Program-made: the position numbers and the translations under genes
Shown: positions 1 through 9,842 of the stretch, piece by piece
Position numbering within the stretch: position 1 is the stretch's first letter
Layout: the number at the start of each line of letters is the position of its first letter
Source of the DNA: an uncultured Pseudomonadales bacterium
Lineage (GTDB): Bacteria; Patescibacteriota; Microgenomatia; UBA1400; UBA1396
Direction of reading: 5' to 3'
Assembly (NCBI GenBank): GCA_964603945.1
Contig: CAZRWP010000001.1
Span: 59,623 to 123,622, forward strand
DNA length: 64,000 bases
The notes under the pieces: model-generated
Databases searched by the model: none
Seen by the model: only the letters and a program-made list of their open reading frames with translations
What the model was told of the DNA's origin: nothing

Positions 1-1041
1 ACCTGTGCGGTAAGACAGCGCGCCGAGGATCGAGCTAAAGGTTTTATATTAAATGTTGTTAAGCATTATCAGGAAAAATCTCAGCCACGGCCAAAAATTA
101 TATTAACTGGCTGCATGATTCACCACGGCCATGAAAAATTATATGAACTAATTCCGGCACTAGATGAGGTTCTGCCAATTAACGAAGTCGGTTTCAACCA
201 ATCTACTATCCGCAAAGACAACATTAATCTGGTTACCGGTCGGCGCCACGCTTGGGTACCGATCAGTAGTGGCTGCAATTCTTTTTGCACTTACTGTATT
301 GTGCCTTATTCGCGCGGCCGCGAGGCCTCGCGGCCGCTCGCCGACATCCTCACTGAAATTACTAATTTAGCCAATGAGGGCTACCAAGAAATTACTTTGT
401 TAGGCCAAAATGTAAATTCCTGGGGACTAGAAAAAGTTGGTGTTGGCTTGCGCAAACTGCTAATGCAGTCCGATCAGCCTCTACGCCGACAAGATATTCC
501 TGACAACTCGAGTCAATATTTTGCCGCCGATGGCACACCGCCATTTGTCTCTTTGCTCCAGCAAATCAGCGAAATCAAAGGTATTGAATGTATTCGGTTT
601 ATGACCAGCAATCCCTGGGATTTTTCAGATGAACTGATCAAGGAAATTGCCGCTAACCCCAAACTTGACAAGTTTATCCATCTGCCGGTCCAATCTGGCA
701 GCAATAATGTTCTTTATCGCATGAATCGAGGTTACACCAGGGAAAGGTACTTGGAAGTCGTCAATAAATTAAAACAGGCGGTGCCCGACGTCGCGATTGG
801 CACTGACATTATTGTGGGTTTTCCAGGTGAAACTGATGAAGAATTCCAGGAAACAGTTGATTTGGCTAAGCAGGTTGACTGGCATGTAGGCTTTGTGGCC
901 CAGTACTCGCCTCGGCCGGGCACTAGCGCCTGGCGATTATATGAAGATGACATTCCACCAGCCGTCAAAAAACAGCGCTGGAAAACTCTGGATGAAATCA
1001 TCAATAAATCTCACCAAGATAATCGGCCAGCAATATTATAA
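1..1041 (+). CDS. miaB: tRNA-2-methylthio-N6-dimethylallyladenosine synthase MiaB (5' partial)
   Basis: Frame is open from base 1 (TCAVRQRAEDR, LTGC motifs of the N-terminal domain); radical-SAM CNSFCTYC; LLGQNVN, HLPVQSGS, TDIIVGFPGET; adjacent to miaA. Confidence 0.9.
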   Translation, partial: TCAVRQRAEDRAKGFILNVVKHYQEKSQPRPKIILTGCMIHHGHEKLYELIPALDEVLPINEVGFNQSTIRKDNINLVTGRRHAWVPISSGCNSFCTYCIVPYSRGREASRPLADILTEITNLANEGYQEITLLGQNVNSWGLEKVGVGLRKLLMQSDQPLRRQDIPDNSSQYFAADGTPPFVSLLQQISEIKGIECIRFMTSNPWDFSDELIKEIAANPKLDKFIHLPVQSGSNNVLYRMNRGYTRERYLEVVNKLKQAVPDVAIGTDIIVGFPGETDEEFQETVDLAKQVDWHVGFVAQYSPRPGTSAWRLYEDDIPPAVKKQRWKTLDEIINKSHQDNRPAIL

Positions 1042-1043
1042 AT

Positions 1044-1892
1044 ATGGCTGAAACTCCACTTTTCACCATAATTTTTGGACCAACCGCTTCCGGTAAATCT
1101 GCGCAAGCCTACGAGTTAGCTCAAAAACTAGAAACCAATGTCTTGTCCTTTGATTCGCGGCATATTTATCAAGGAATGGATATTGTTACCGGTAAAGATC
1201 GGCCACCTCAAGATTGGCCGCAGAAGTTACTGGGAGTTGATTTGGTTACGCCAGATCAGGATTTCTCAATTCGCCATTACTATGAATATGCCAAGCCAAT
1301 AATTAATTCATATCGCGAGCGGCAAAAGCCACTAATTTTAGTGGGCGGTTCGTGGCAATATGTTGATGTTTTGCTCAGACCACCAGCGTCCTTATTTGTT
1401 CCGATTGACGAAAAATGGCGCCAAGAGGCTAACAAACTAAGCACACCACAATTGCAAGCAAAATTGAAACAAGTGGATGAAAGTAAATTTTCTGCCTTAA
1501 ACCAATCTGATGTCGCCAATCCTCGTCGTCTGATTAGAGCAATTGAGGTCGCTAGCCAGCCGGAAATTACTACACCCCAACCCTTGATACAAACAAACGA
1601 ATATCAGCTGATCGCTAAAACTCCTTCAATTGACCAAATCTCTGACCGAATTATTAATCGTATCCAGGAGCGACTTAATCAAGGAGCCCTTGAAGAAACT
1701 GAATATTTAATGAATAAGTATCCGGATTGGCATGCCCCCGCATTTTCCGCTACCGGTTACGGGCCAATCAGACAGTATCTTGAAGGTCAGATTGATGAGG
1801 AATCGATGAAACAAGCCTGGAAACATCAAGAACGTGAATATGCCAAGCGCCAGTTGGTCTGGATAAAATCTTTAGATTTGATAGCCGAGTAG
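1044..1892 (+). CDS. miaA: tRNA dimethylallyltransferase
   Basis: GPTASGKS P-loop, DSRHIYQGMDIVTGK, RRLIRAIEV, YAKRQ. Confidence 0.95.
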   Translation: MAETPLFTIIFGPTASGKSAQAYELAQKLETNVLSFDSRHIYQGMDIVTGKDRPPQDWPQKLLGVDLVTPDQDFSIRHYYEYAKPIINSYRERQKPLILVGGSWQYVDVLLRPPASLFVPIDEKWRQEANKLSTPQLQAKLKQVDESKFSALNQSDVANPRRLIRAIEVASQPEITTPQPLIQTNEYQLIAKTPSIDQISDRIINRIQERLNQGALEETEYLMNKYPDWHAPAFSATGYGPIRQYLEGQIDEESMKQAWKHQEREYAKRQLVWIKSLDLIAE

Positions 1893-1910
1893 TTTACGAT
1901 TATTTTTCGA

Positions 1911-2165
1911 CTAGTTAAGGAACAACAGCAACTCAACCAGCGTGATTAAGGCTAAAGTTCTAAATAAAAGTAATCCCCAAGAAATTCTCAGCAGAAAATC
2001 ACAAAAGTGTGGCTTTACATAAACGCTTGAATCGTAGCTTAATGGCCGGCGCTTTTTAATTTGACGACTCCTTAAATAGCTATTTAACTTCTCGTGACAA
2101 TTTGGAACTTTTACCTCATTTAAGGTTTCAAAATAAGCAGGCTGGTACGCTGATGGGTCTCGCAC
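1911..2165 (-). CDS. possible small membrane protein
   Basis: 84-aa ORF with hydrophobic C-terminus and an upstream TATAAT; no recognisable family. Confidence 0.3.
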   Translation of the reverse strand: MRDPSAYQPAYFETLNEVKVPNCHEKLNSYLRSRQIKKRRPLSYDSSVYVKPHFCDFLLRISWGLLLFRTLALITLVELLLFLN

Positions 2166-2268
2166 CTTATTATTTCTTGCTATTCAAGAAATATTATAGC
2201 ATACTAGATACTGCTTTAAACGGATATATTAAGCAATTTTGTTGCTTAATGGTGATGGATGCCGATAT

Positions 2269-2514
2269 TTATCTATTTTCTGAAGAAGATTGGCTTCGCA
2301 ATCTATTTAATTCTGCTTGAACTTCATACCAAAGACCGACACGATAAGAACCTGAGAGCTCAGGTACATGAGTTTCTATGATCCGAGTTATCCAATAAAA
2401 AACTAATGGGTTTTCTTTGTACTCAACTAAGCTTGGAAAATCTATTGGCTGACCATTAGTTTCTCCCTCATGTATCACTCTAGCAATTTCTGTTACAGCA
2501 GAATTAAATGACAT
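2269..2514 (-). CDS. hypothetical protein directly downstream of lexA
   Basis: ATG at 2514 preceded by an SD-like GAGGGA just after the lexA stop. Confidence 0.55.
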   Translation of the reverse strand: MSFNSAVTEIARVIHEGETNGQPIDFPSLVEYKENPLVFYWITRIIETHVPELSGSYRVGLWYEVQAELNRLRSQSSSENR

Positions 2515-2527
2515 TGTTCCCTCTTTC

Positions 2528-3145
2528 TTAGGCAAATTTTCGAATTAGCCCGACACATCTTCCCTGAATTCTAACATTGCTAGCGTAAATCGGCGACATG
2601 GTTGAGTTAGCGGGTTCTAATCTTACTCGAGTTGCCTCTTTAAAAAATCTTTTAAGGGTGGCTAAGCCATTTTCAAGAAGCGCCACTACAATATCGCCAT
2701 CACGAACATCTTCCTGCTCCTCAATAACCACGTAATCACCATCCAGAATACCGTCATCAATCATGGAATCGCCCTTAACATGCAAAACATAAGCCCGGCG
2801 CTTGCCAGAAATTAATTGGGGTGAAACTTTAAAAGTTGCATTTGGATCTGGATAGGGCTCAATTGGTCGGCCGGCGGCAATGTAGCCCATCATTGGCAAG
2901 TCGATGCCTTCAGAGATTTTAAGGAAAGTTCGATCCAGCAGTTCTATTCCCCGAACAGCGCCTTCAGCTCGGCGAATAATGCTCTTTTTTTCCAAGGCGC
3001 CCAAATGCTCATGCACGGTTGCCAAAGAAGAAACACCAATGGCATCCGCAATTTCCTGCAAAGTTGGCGAGTAGTTATTTAGCTGTATATATTGAGCGAC
3101 GAAGTCAACTATTTGTCTTTGACGGCGATAAAGCGTGACTGCCAT
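2528..3145 (-). CDS. lexA: SOS repressor LexA
   Basis: N-terminal winged HTH (SPTLQEIA), AAG cleavage site, GDSM catalytic Ser, TLKR catalytic Lys. Confidence 0.97.
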   Translation of the reverse strand: MAVTLYRRQRQIVDFVAQYIQLNNYSPTLQEIADAIGVSSLATVHEHLGALEKKSIIRRAEGAVRGIELLDRTFLKISEGIDLPMMGYIAAGRPIEPYPDPNATFKVSPQLISGKRRAYVLHVKGDSMIDDGILDGDYVVIEEQEDVRDGDIVVALLENGLATLKRFFKEATRVRLEPANSTMSPIYASNVRIQGRCVGLIRKFA

Positions 3146-3174
3146 GGCAGGCCTCCTTATGTATTTTTGTTTCG

Positions 3175-3190
3175 GCGAACCATACCCGAA
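3175..3190 (-). promoter_or_regulatory. candidate LexA operator, spaced direct repeat TTCGG-N6-TTCGC
   Basis: Plus strand reads GCGAA-ccatac-CCGAA, 30 bp upstream of the lexA ATG and just downstream of a -10-like TATTGT. Confidence 0.65.
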
Positions 3191-3432
3191 TACCCATACA
3201 ATACCCAGAAATTAGATGCTCTGTAAAGCGTATCTTAATGTATCAATTATTAACAAATTTAATATATCTTCCAATTCAAGAGGTTTACAAAAGTTTTGGG
3301 TGTTCATCATTAGATGATTTTTATCTTTTCATTTAGAACAAAATAATGATTTTTTAATCAGCTTTAACCAAATAAGACAATTTTTCACTTCCTCTCACTA
3401 GGTTAATATTCTGCGATACAATATTAGATCGC

Positions 3433-5604
3433 ATGTATAAATTACAAGCTCCTTATCAGCCAGCTGGCGATCAGCCAAAAGCCATCCAAGAGATGACGCA
3501 AAATTACCTCTCCGGTCAAAAGGAGCAGGTCTTGCTGGGCGTTACCGGATCGGGCAAAACTTACACCATGGCAAACGTCGTGGTCAATTTAAACAAACCG
3601 ACCCTGGTTATTGCCCATAATAAAACATTAGCCGCTCAGCTATATCAGGAGTTTAGAGATTTTTTCCCAGAAAACGCTGTCAGTTATTTTGTCTCCTACT
3701 ATGATTTTTATCAGCCGGAAGCATACATCGTCACAACTGATACCTATATTGAGAAGGAAGCGCAAATTAATGAGGAAATTGATAAGTTGCGCCTGGCTAC
3801 AACGGCCAATTTGCTTTCCAGACCGGATTGTATTGTGGTGGCGTCAGTTTCCTGTATATATAACCTAGGACGCCCAGAAGATTTTGCCAATTTTGCCCTA
3901 GAAATTGTGGAGGGCGAAGTAATTTCCCGTCAAACTCTAATCACTCGCTTGGTAGACATGCAGTACCAACGGGTAACGGCTGAACTTATGCGCGGTACTT
4001 TTAGATTGCGCGGTGAGGCCGTTCAAGTCTGGCCAGCCAACGAAGAATGGGCATTTAATATCTTAATGCCAGGCAACAGCATCTCAAAAATTGAGAAGAT
4101 ACATCCATTGAGTGGTGATCTCTGGCCGATTCAGGCTTCGCAAAATCCTTACGAACCACGCCGACACACCATTTACCCGGCCAAACACTACATAGCCAGT
4201 CAAGATAGTGAAGGGGCAATTAAGCAGATTGAGGCTGATTTACAAACTCAACTCGTTAAGCTAAGAGCAGAAAATAAAATTCTGGAGGCTTATCGCCTGG
4301 AGCAACGCACCTTGCATGACCTCGATATGATTAAAGAGGTCGGTTACGTCAACGGAATTGAAAACTATTCCCGCTACTTTGATGGCCGCAAGCCTGGCGA
4401 CGCTCCATTTACATTGCTGAACTACATGCGCTGGAACGCTGAGAAATTTGGCGATGGCGAATTCTTAACCATTGTTGATGAAAGCCACATGACATTGCCG
4501 CAAGTCAGAGGCATGTATAACGGTGATCAAAGCCGCAAGACCACCCTAGTCGATTATGGTTTTAGATTGCCAGCGGCCATGGACAATCGCCCGCTGCACT
4601 TTGATGAATTTTTGGATCGCACCAGTATGCTAGCTTATGTCTCCGCGACTCCGGCCAAATGGGAAGTTGAACACAGTCAAAATACCGTGGTGGAGCAGAT
4701 TGTTCGGCCAACTGGTTTGGTAGATCCTCAAGTGGAAATCAGGCCAATTAATAACCAAATTCCTGATCTTCTGCATGAAATTGTGGTCCGCAAAGAGCGC
4801 GGCCAGCGCGTTTTAGTAACTACCTTGACCAAAAAGATGGCCGAAACTTTATCCGAATATCTAAATGATGCCAAAAAGATGAATGAGCTACTGGAGCGTC
4901 ATGGCTACAACCCAACCGACGATATGCCCAAAGCTCAGTACCTGCACTCTGACGTCCAAACCCTGGAGCGCAGTGACATCTTGGATGATCTGCGCCGCGG
5001 TGAATACGACGTTTTAATTGGTGTTAACTTACTGCGCGAGGGACTCGACCTGCCGGAAGTGACTTTGGTGGCTATTTTAGACGCCGACCAGGAAGGCTTC
5101 CTGCGCTCCACCTCTGCCTTGATCCAAACCATGGGCCGTGCCGCCCGCCACGTTGAAGGCACGGTAATTTTATATGCCGACCGCATGACTGGATCCATGC
5201 AGGCGGCAATTGATGAGGTCGGGCGGCGGCGCGACATCCAACTGGCTTACAACGCCAAGCACGGCATTGACCCTAAAACCATCGCCAAACCGGTTCGCGA
5301 TCGCTTAATTGCTCAACAGGAAAAAGAAGAACTACCTGGTATTGAGGCTATTAACTTGAATCGCCGGTTGAGCCGAGGCTTTAATCGCCCAGGCGAAAAA
5401 CGAGCCAAACACGATGGACAAACAGTCGTGGCACTTAATAAACGCACCAGCGTGATCTTGGAGCAACTCGATCCAAACTCACTCACCCCAGAGGATAAAT
5501 CCAAACTGTCCAAGCAACTGACCCGTGCCATGAACTTAGCCTCCAAAGAATGGAACTTTGAGCTAGCGGCTCAAATCAGAGATACGATCGCCAAACTAAA
5601 ATAA
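3433..5604 (+). CDS. uvrB: excinuclease ABC subunit B
   Basis: GVTGSGKT, YYDFYQPEAY, DESH, LLREGLDLPEV, C-terminal FELAAQIRD UVR domain. Confidence 0.98.
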   Translation: MYKLQAPYQPAGDQPKAIQEMTQNYLSGQKEQVLLGVTGSGKTYTMANVVVNLNKPTLVIAHNKTLAAQLYQEFRDFFPENAVSYFVSYYDFYQPEAYIVTTDTYIEKEAQINEEIDKLRLATTANLLSRPDCIVVASVSCIYNLGRPEDFANFALEIVEGEVISRQTLITRLVDMQYQRVTAELMRGTFRLRGEAVQVWPANEEWAFNILMPGNSISKIEKIHPLSGDLWPIQASQNPYEPRRHTIYPAKHYIASQDSEGAIKQIEADLQTQLVKLRAENKILEAYRLEQRTLHDLDMIKEVGYVNGIENYSRYFDGRKPGDAPFTLLNYMRWNAEKFGDGEFLTIVDESHMTLPQVRGMYNGDQSRKTTLVDYGFRLPAAMDNRPLHFDEFLDRTSMLAYVSATPAKWEVEHSQNTVVEQIVRPTGLVDPQVEIRPINNQIPDLLHEIVVRKERGQRVLVTTLTKKMAETLSEYLNDAKKMNELLERHGYNPTDDMPKAQYLHSDVQTLERSDILDDLRRGEYDVLIGVNLLREGLDLPEVTLVAILDADQEGFLRSTSALIQTMGRAARHVEGTVILYADRMTGSMQAAIDEVGRRRDIQLAYNAKHGIDPKTIAKPVRDRLIAQQEKEELPGIEAINLNRRLSRGFNRPGEKRAKHDGQTVVALNKRTSVILEQLDPNSLTPEDKSKLSKQLTRAMNLASKEWNFELAAQIRDTIAKLK

Positions 5605-7035
5605 AGTACTTGTCTTTAAAAATTGACTTGATGGTATTTCCAAAATATTATCTGGCAAATTTTTTATACTTTCCGGGTCATCTTCATACACCATAATTGG
5701 TTGCGGATGATTTGGGTACATAATAGATAACATATGATTAAAATTTATGGCTTGAGAAACTTGTCTAGAAACTCCCCAGGTAGCAACAGGTGCTAATTCA
5801 TCATTGGTAAAAACAACTACAGTATCATCATTTAAGCTCGGATAATTTTGATTAAAATACTCAGATACCTGTCTGGCTATCTGAGGTCGATGAATACTAT
5901 AGTGAGCTTGATGATATAAACGCAAACTTACAATATTAAGCAGAAGAAAAATTCCCAGCATTATCTGACTCCATCTTATGGTCTGCCTGGTTGAAATAAA
6001 TGAGACTAATCCACTCAACATCAGTAAAGTCATAGATTGTCCTAGGACATACTTATGTCCAGGAAGAAATATTATAGGTAATAATGAGACTGCATAGCCC
6101 GCAATAATTAACCAAAAATATTTATTTCGCCAAACTTTAGCTCGCCAAAAAACAAAAATCCAAGTTGCAATCGTAATTAATAATAAGATCAGAAGCCACC
6201 AACCCCAAATTGGAAAAGCTGTAAAATATTGCGGAAGAATGCGTAAACCACTACTCACATAATCTAGTAACATTTCAGGTGCGCCCAAATTCCAAATGCT
6301 ATACCAAGAAAACGTATGAATCGCTCTAAAAGGCGAAAAATTCCATACATAAGCCTGCCCGCCAACTGCTTCAGTACCTAATACTAATAATCTAAGTGGC
6401 AAATATGCAGCTAACACAGCAATAAATGGCACAAGGTGAGACAGTTTTTTTACCGATTTTATTTTTGAGAATATAAATAAAATTAAAGGAAATACAACTG
6501 CACTTTCTTTTGAAGCTAAAGCTAACACAAAACACAACAAGCTCAGCCACGTTGTTGTCCAATCAGTTTTCTTAAAATACAGATAAATCCCTAATACCAC
6601 AAAAAATAGCATTAAAATTTCCTGAAAAGCTGATAAATAAAATACTCTTGTAAATTGACTGGCAGAGAATGCAAAGATAAAAGTTCCTATTGTAGCCGCT
6701 CGGCTGGATTCAAAAATCAATTTCCATAGATACCAAACTAAAATTACTGTTCCAGCAAGTATTAGTAGCGAAAACAGATAATATGGCCAGGCTGATAGTC
6801 CAAACAAGTTCTGAAACAGTCCAAAAAATAGTTGAGTGCTTAGAGGTCGATACATCGGGGTGCTTAAGTCATTTTGCCAAAAGGAAAAAGCTTGAAACAA
6901 TTTCCACCAAGGCACATCTTTGGTCAAATTTAGAAAATACCAATCGTCACTCCAAAAGAAACTCCGAAGTGACACTGCATGAAACAATAACAAACAAAGA
7001 GCTAAATATGTAGCTGGATGACGAAAAACATTCAC
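5596..7035 (-). CDS. multi-pass membrane GT-C-type glycosyltransferase
   Basis: About 11 TM segments, FWSDDW acidic pair after TM1, YRPL and LASKESA motifs. Confidence 0.65.
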   Translation of the reverse strand: MNVFRHPATYLALCLLLFHAVSLRSFFWSDDWYFLNLTKDVPWWKLFQAFSFWQNDLSTPMYRPLSTQLFFGLFQNLFGLSAWPYYLFSLLILAGTVILVWYLWKLIFESSRAATIGTFIFAFSASQFTRVFYLSAFQEILMLFFVVLGIYLYFKKTDWTTTWLSLLCFVLALASKESAVVFPLILFIFSKIKSVKKLSHLVPFIAVLAAYLPLRLLVLGTEAVGGQAYVWNFSPFRAIHTFSWYSIWNLGAPEMLLDYVSSGLRILPQYFTAFPIWGWWLLILLLITIATWIFVFWRAKVWRNKYFWLIIAGYAVSLLPIIFLPGHKYVLGQSMTLLMLSGLVSFISTRQTIRWSQIMLGIFLLLNIVSLRLYHQAHYSIHRPQIARQVSEYFNQNYPSLNDDTVVVFTNDELAPVATWGVSRQVSQAINFNHMLSIMYPNHPQPIMVYEDDPESIKNLPDNILEIPSSQFLKTSTLF

Positions 7036-7073
7036 AACGCTTAGTTTAGCGTTTATGTGTAATTTAAATCAAT

Positions 7074-7271
7074 CTACTTTAACTTTTCGACTTCGCGGTG
7101 CAGAACGTGCTTGCGAATGCCGGCGGTAGGATCAAACTTCATCAGTTCGAGCTTACCACGGCCTTTTTCACGCTCGTTGCGCTTATTGCGAGAAGTGTGA
7201 TGTGTTATATGACCAGAAACTGTCGATTTGAGTGCGATCAGTTGACGTGGTCCTTTTTTTGCTTTAGCCAT
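7074..7271 (-). CDS. rpmG: 50S ribosomal protein L33 (Cys-less type)
   Basis: MAKAKKGPRQLIALKST...KLELMKFDP...RKHVLHRE. Confidence 0.93.
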   Translation of the reverse strand: MAKAKKGPRQLIALKSTVSGHITHHTSRNKRNEREKGRGKLELMKFDPTAGIRKHVLHREVEKLK

Positions 7272-7347
7272 ACAAATCCTTTCGAGAGAGCATATTGTAA
7301 CATGACCTTTGCCTGGAATTAGACCTAAGATCACATCAATGTCTCTG

Positions 7348-7420
7348 AGCCGCCAGGGGGACTCGAACCCTCGACCTATGCTTTACAAAAGCACCGCTCT
7401 ACCAACTGAGCTATGGCGGC
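7348..7420 (-). tRNA. tRNA-Thr(TGT)
   Basis: Cloverleaf GCCGCCATAGCTCAGTTGGTAGAGC...TT-TGT-AA...GGTTCGAGTCC...TGGCGGC; no encoded CCA. Confidence 0.95.
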
Positions 7421-7520
7421 AACTGAACCACTAATTATAACAAAAAACCGGCCAAAACACGTCTAAGATTCACATTTCCCTGGCCTGTCACCCATTTATC
7501 AACTTTGCCCAAGCCTCGCT

Positions 7521-8489
7521 TCAATCAGCTTGGCCAGTAGATTGCTCAATCCTTAAAGCTGACAGCTCAATCGTTACTGGCCGCCCCAAACTACTGGATA
7601 ACACCTGAGCCATTTTATCGGCATCTGGCATTTCCGCGCCTTCAGGTAGATGAATCGTGGCCTCCACCACCTTGTTTCCTCCAGTTACCTTAACCTTTTC
7701 CAATTTGATTTCCGGTCGGTCGGCCAGTTCCAACTTTATTGCCTGATCTACCATCTCATTTAGCCGATTATTTTTCAAAGTGGTGATGAATGCTCCCGTC
7801 AGCAAGGTGGCTAACAAGGCAGTCATGGCAAAAGTAACGCCCCAACTTGCCAAAACTGACTCCTTTATTTCGCCAGATCTAGTTGAGCGCAGAGTAATCA
7901 GCAGAACCAGCAAACCGCCACTGATTGTCGCCACCACATTGGTAAAAAACATTAATACCGCCCCTAAAGTTAAGAGCATTTCATTAGTCGCCAGACCAAC
8001 ACCGGCCGCACAAAGTGGTGTCACTAAGGATACCGCCACCGCCACGCCAGCCAGCGACTCGGGAATATCTTTGTGGAGATAGGCATACATGCCAGCCGCG
8101 CCGGCAGTTAGGGCGATTAACAAATCGATTAAGGTCGGTTGAGCTCTCACGATTGCCGCGTCCGTCAAGCCAATCGTCGGAATAACCAACGCTACCAGTG
8201 CACTGATAACTAAAATAACCGCCGTACTGATTGAGAGGTGTGATAACGCCTTTAACATATGGCCAAACTGACCATGAGCGATGGCCACGGAAAGCGCATA
8301 AATCGGCACCAATAGCGGTGCTACCAGCATGGCCCCCAAAATTACATTAGGGTTGTCCAACAAAATTCCTAAAGTGGCCAGTGTGGAAGAAAAAATCAGC
8401 AGCCAATAATAACTAACTGAACCAGTATCCTGGGAAATCAACTCGCGTTCGTTGCGGTGGGAGGAAAATAACCAGGCCAAAGCTGACAT
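7521..8489 (-). CDS. DUF389/TIGR00341 family membrane protein
   Basis: ILGAMLVAPL, DLLIALTAGAAG, LAGVAVAVSLVTPL motifs. Confidence 0.85.
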   Translation of the reverse strand: MSALAWLFSSHRNERELISQDTGSVSYYWLLIFSSTLATLGILLDNPNVILGAMLVAPLLVPIYALSVAIAHGQFGHMLKALSHLSISTAVILVISALVALVIPTIGLTDAAIVRAQPTLIDLLIALTAGAAGMYAYLHKDIPESLAGVAVAVSLVTPLCAAGVGLATNEMLLTLGAVLMFFTNVVATISGGLLVLLITLRSTRSGEIKESVLASWGVTFAMTALLATLLTGAFITTLKNNRLNEMVDQAIKLELADRPEIKLEKVKVTGGNKVVEATIHLPEGAEMPDADKMAQVLSSSLGRPVTIELSALRIEQSTGQAD

Positions 8490-8492
8490 TGA

Positions 8493-9293
8493 TTACTCCA
8501 CTACCACATACGCGTCGTAAAACGGACCAGTGGCAGTCGCCACTTTATCAGAAATTACGGACTCCATGGGTTGCCAGGCTTCGCCGTCCCAACCCAAAAT
8601 GGTGGCATTCGAAACGTCTTCATTCACCCTGATGGAAACTTCCAATTGCCCCGCATAGGGAGATATCAGGCGTAGAACGTAAGGTGCTGACAATAACCGG
8701 CGCTCCACATTTTCCGGCAAACCCGGTGATTGTAAGATCACGCCATAAGCAACTCTAGCCAGGTTAGCTCCTTCAGCCCGGAATTTACTGTCGCGGGAAA
8801 CAAAAATAGTCTCTTTGGTTTTATTTTCGATGAAAGCCCAATCATTTTTCAAAACATATTTTTCCGCTCCCAAAAAGCGCAGCAGTAAGCTTCCACCGCT
8901 TACATCCTCATGGTAGGAACATTTGCCACCCGCACTGCAGCTGCCAAGCAACATATCCAGACTGGCGGGCAGCTCAGCTAAATCCAAAGGCAACATCGCA
9001 CCCTGGAGAAGATCGCCGGTTTGGTATTCCATTTCGACCTCAGCTTCTTCCGCCGGCTTTTTCAGATCATAAACCGTAACCTGGAGATTGCGGCCATTCT
9101 GATTAGGCTCAATGGCTACGTAAGGCCGCTCTTCAACTGGAATTAAATTAACTTTTTCGATTGGTTTGACGGTTTTGGGTGTTTCGGAATTACTCTCATC
9201 GCTGGATCGCAGTTTGGAATAGGCCAAAACCACGCCAGTCACGACTAAAATCAACCCGATTACCAAAGCAATGATGAAACCTTTTTTTTGCAT
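8493..9293 (-). CDS. membrane-anchored hypothetical protein
   Basis: N-terminal TM (MQKKGFIIALV), LLGSCSAGGKCSY motif; TATGAT 6 nt before the ATG. Confidence 0.75.
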   Translation of the reverse strand: MQKKGFIIALVIGLILVVTGVVLAYSKLRSSDESNSETPKTVKPIEKVNLIPVEERPYVAIEPNQNGRNLQVTVYDLKKPAEEAEVEMEYQTGDLLQGAMLPLDLAELPASLDMLLGSCSAGGKCSYHEDVSGGSLLLRFLGAEKYVLKNDWAFIENKTKETIFVSRDSKFRAEGANLARVAYGVILQSPGLPENVERRLLSAPYVLRLISPYAGQLEVSIRVNEDVSNATILGWDGEAWQPMESVISDKVATATGPFYDAYVVVE

Positions 9294-9373
9294 GTCCACA
9301 TCATACGATATTGCAGTATAGCCGAACAAGCAGAGCAATAACTAAGGCAATGTTGTGATGTAGTTTTGAGAAT

Positions 9374-9799
9374 CTACTTTTTTGAGGCTAATATTTCAGG
9401 TAATGACGCTGAAACTTTAGAAATAAATTCTTCCATCAGCGGATCATAACTAGCAAAAAGCTGATGTGCCACGTCTACAAATAAAATTACTGTGTTTTCA
9501 GAGAAATCCAAAAATAACTGCAGTCTCACTGGTAAAGCCATTTTGCTTTTTAACTCTACTAAGTCAAAGCAGGCTTGAAATTTGTTTTCTCTGGAGACTA
9601 CCTTGTTTCGCTGAACTGCCAAGTATGGCAGAGGCTCATCACTTGATTTGTCAGCTAATATTTTAGTTGTTTCAGCGGCAGCTCTATCAAAAAAATCTAC
9701 CAAAAATTGATAAATTTCACGGGTTTCCTCAAGGGAATCGCAACTTATATATTTTTCGTACTTATTATTTTGTTTCCGGTAATGTTTTTCGATTCTCAT
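9374..9799 (-). CDS. hypothetical protein
   Basis: 141-aa ORF filling the gap after glyQS. Confidence 0.6.
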   Translation of the reverse strand: MRIEKHYRKQNNKYEKYISCDSLEETREIYQFLVDFFDRAAAETTKILADKSSDEPLPYLAVQRNKVVSRENKFQACFDLVELKSKMALPVRLQLFLDFSENTVILFVDVAHQLFASYDPLMEEFISKVSASLPEILASKK

Positions 9800-9842
9800 A
9801 CTAATAGCTGAATTGTTAGCTTCCTGCTGGATGCGAGTTTAA

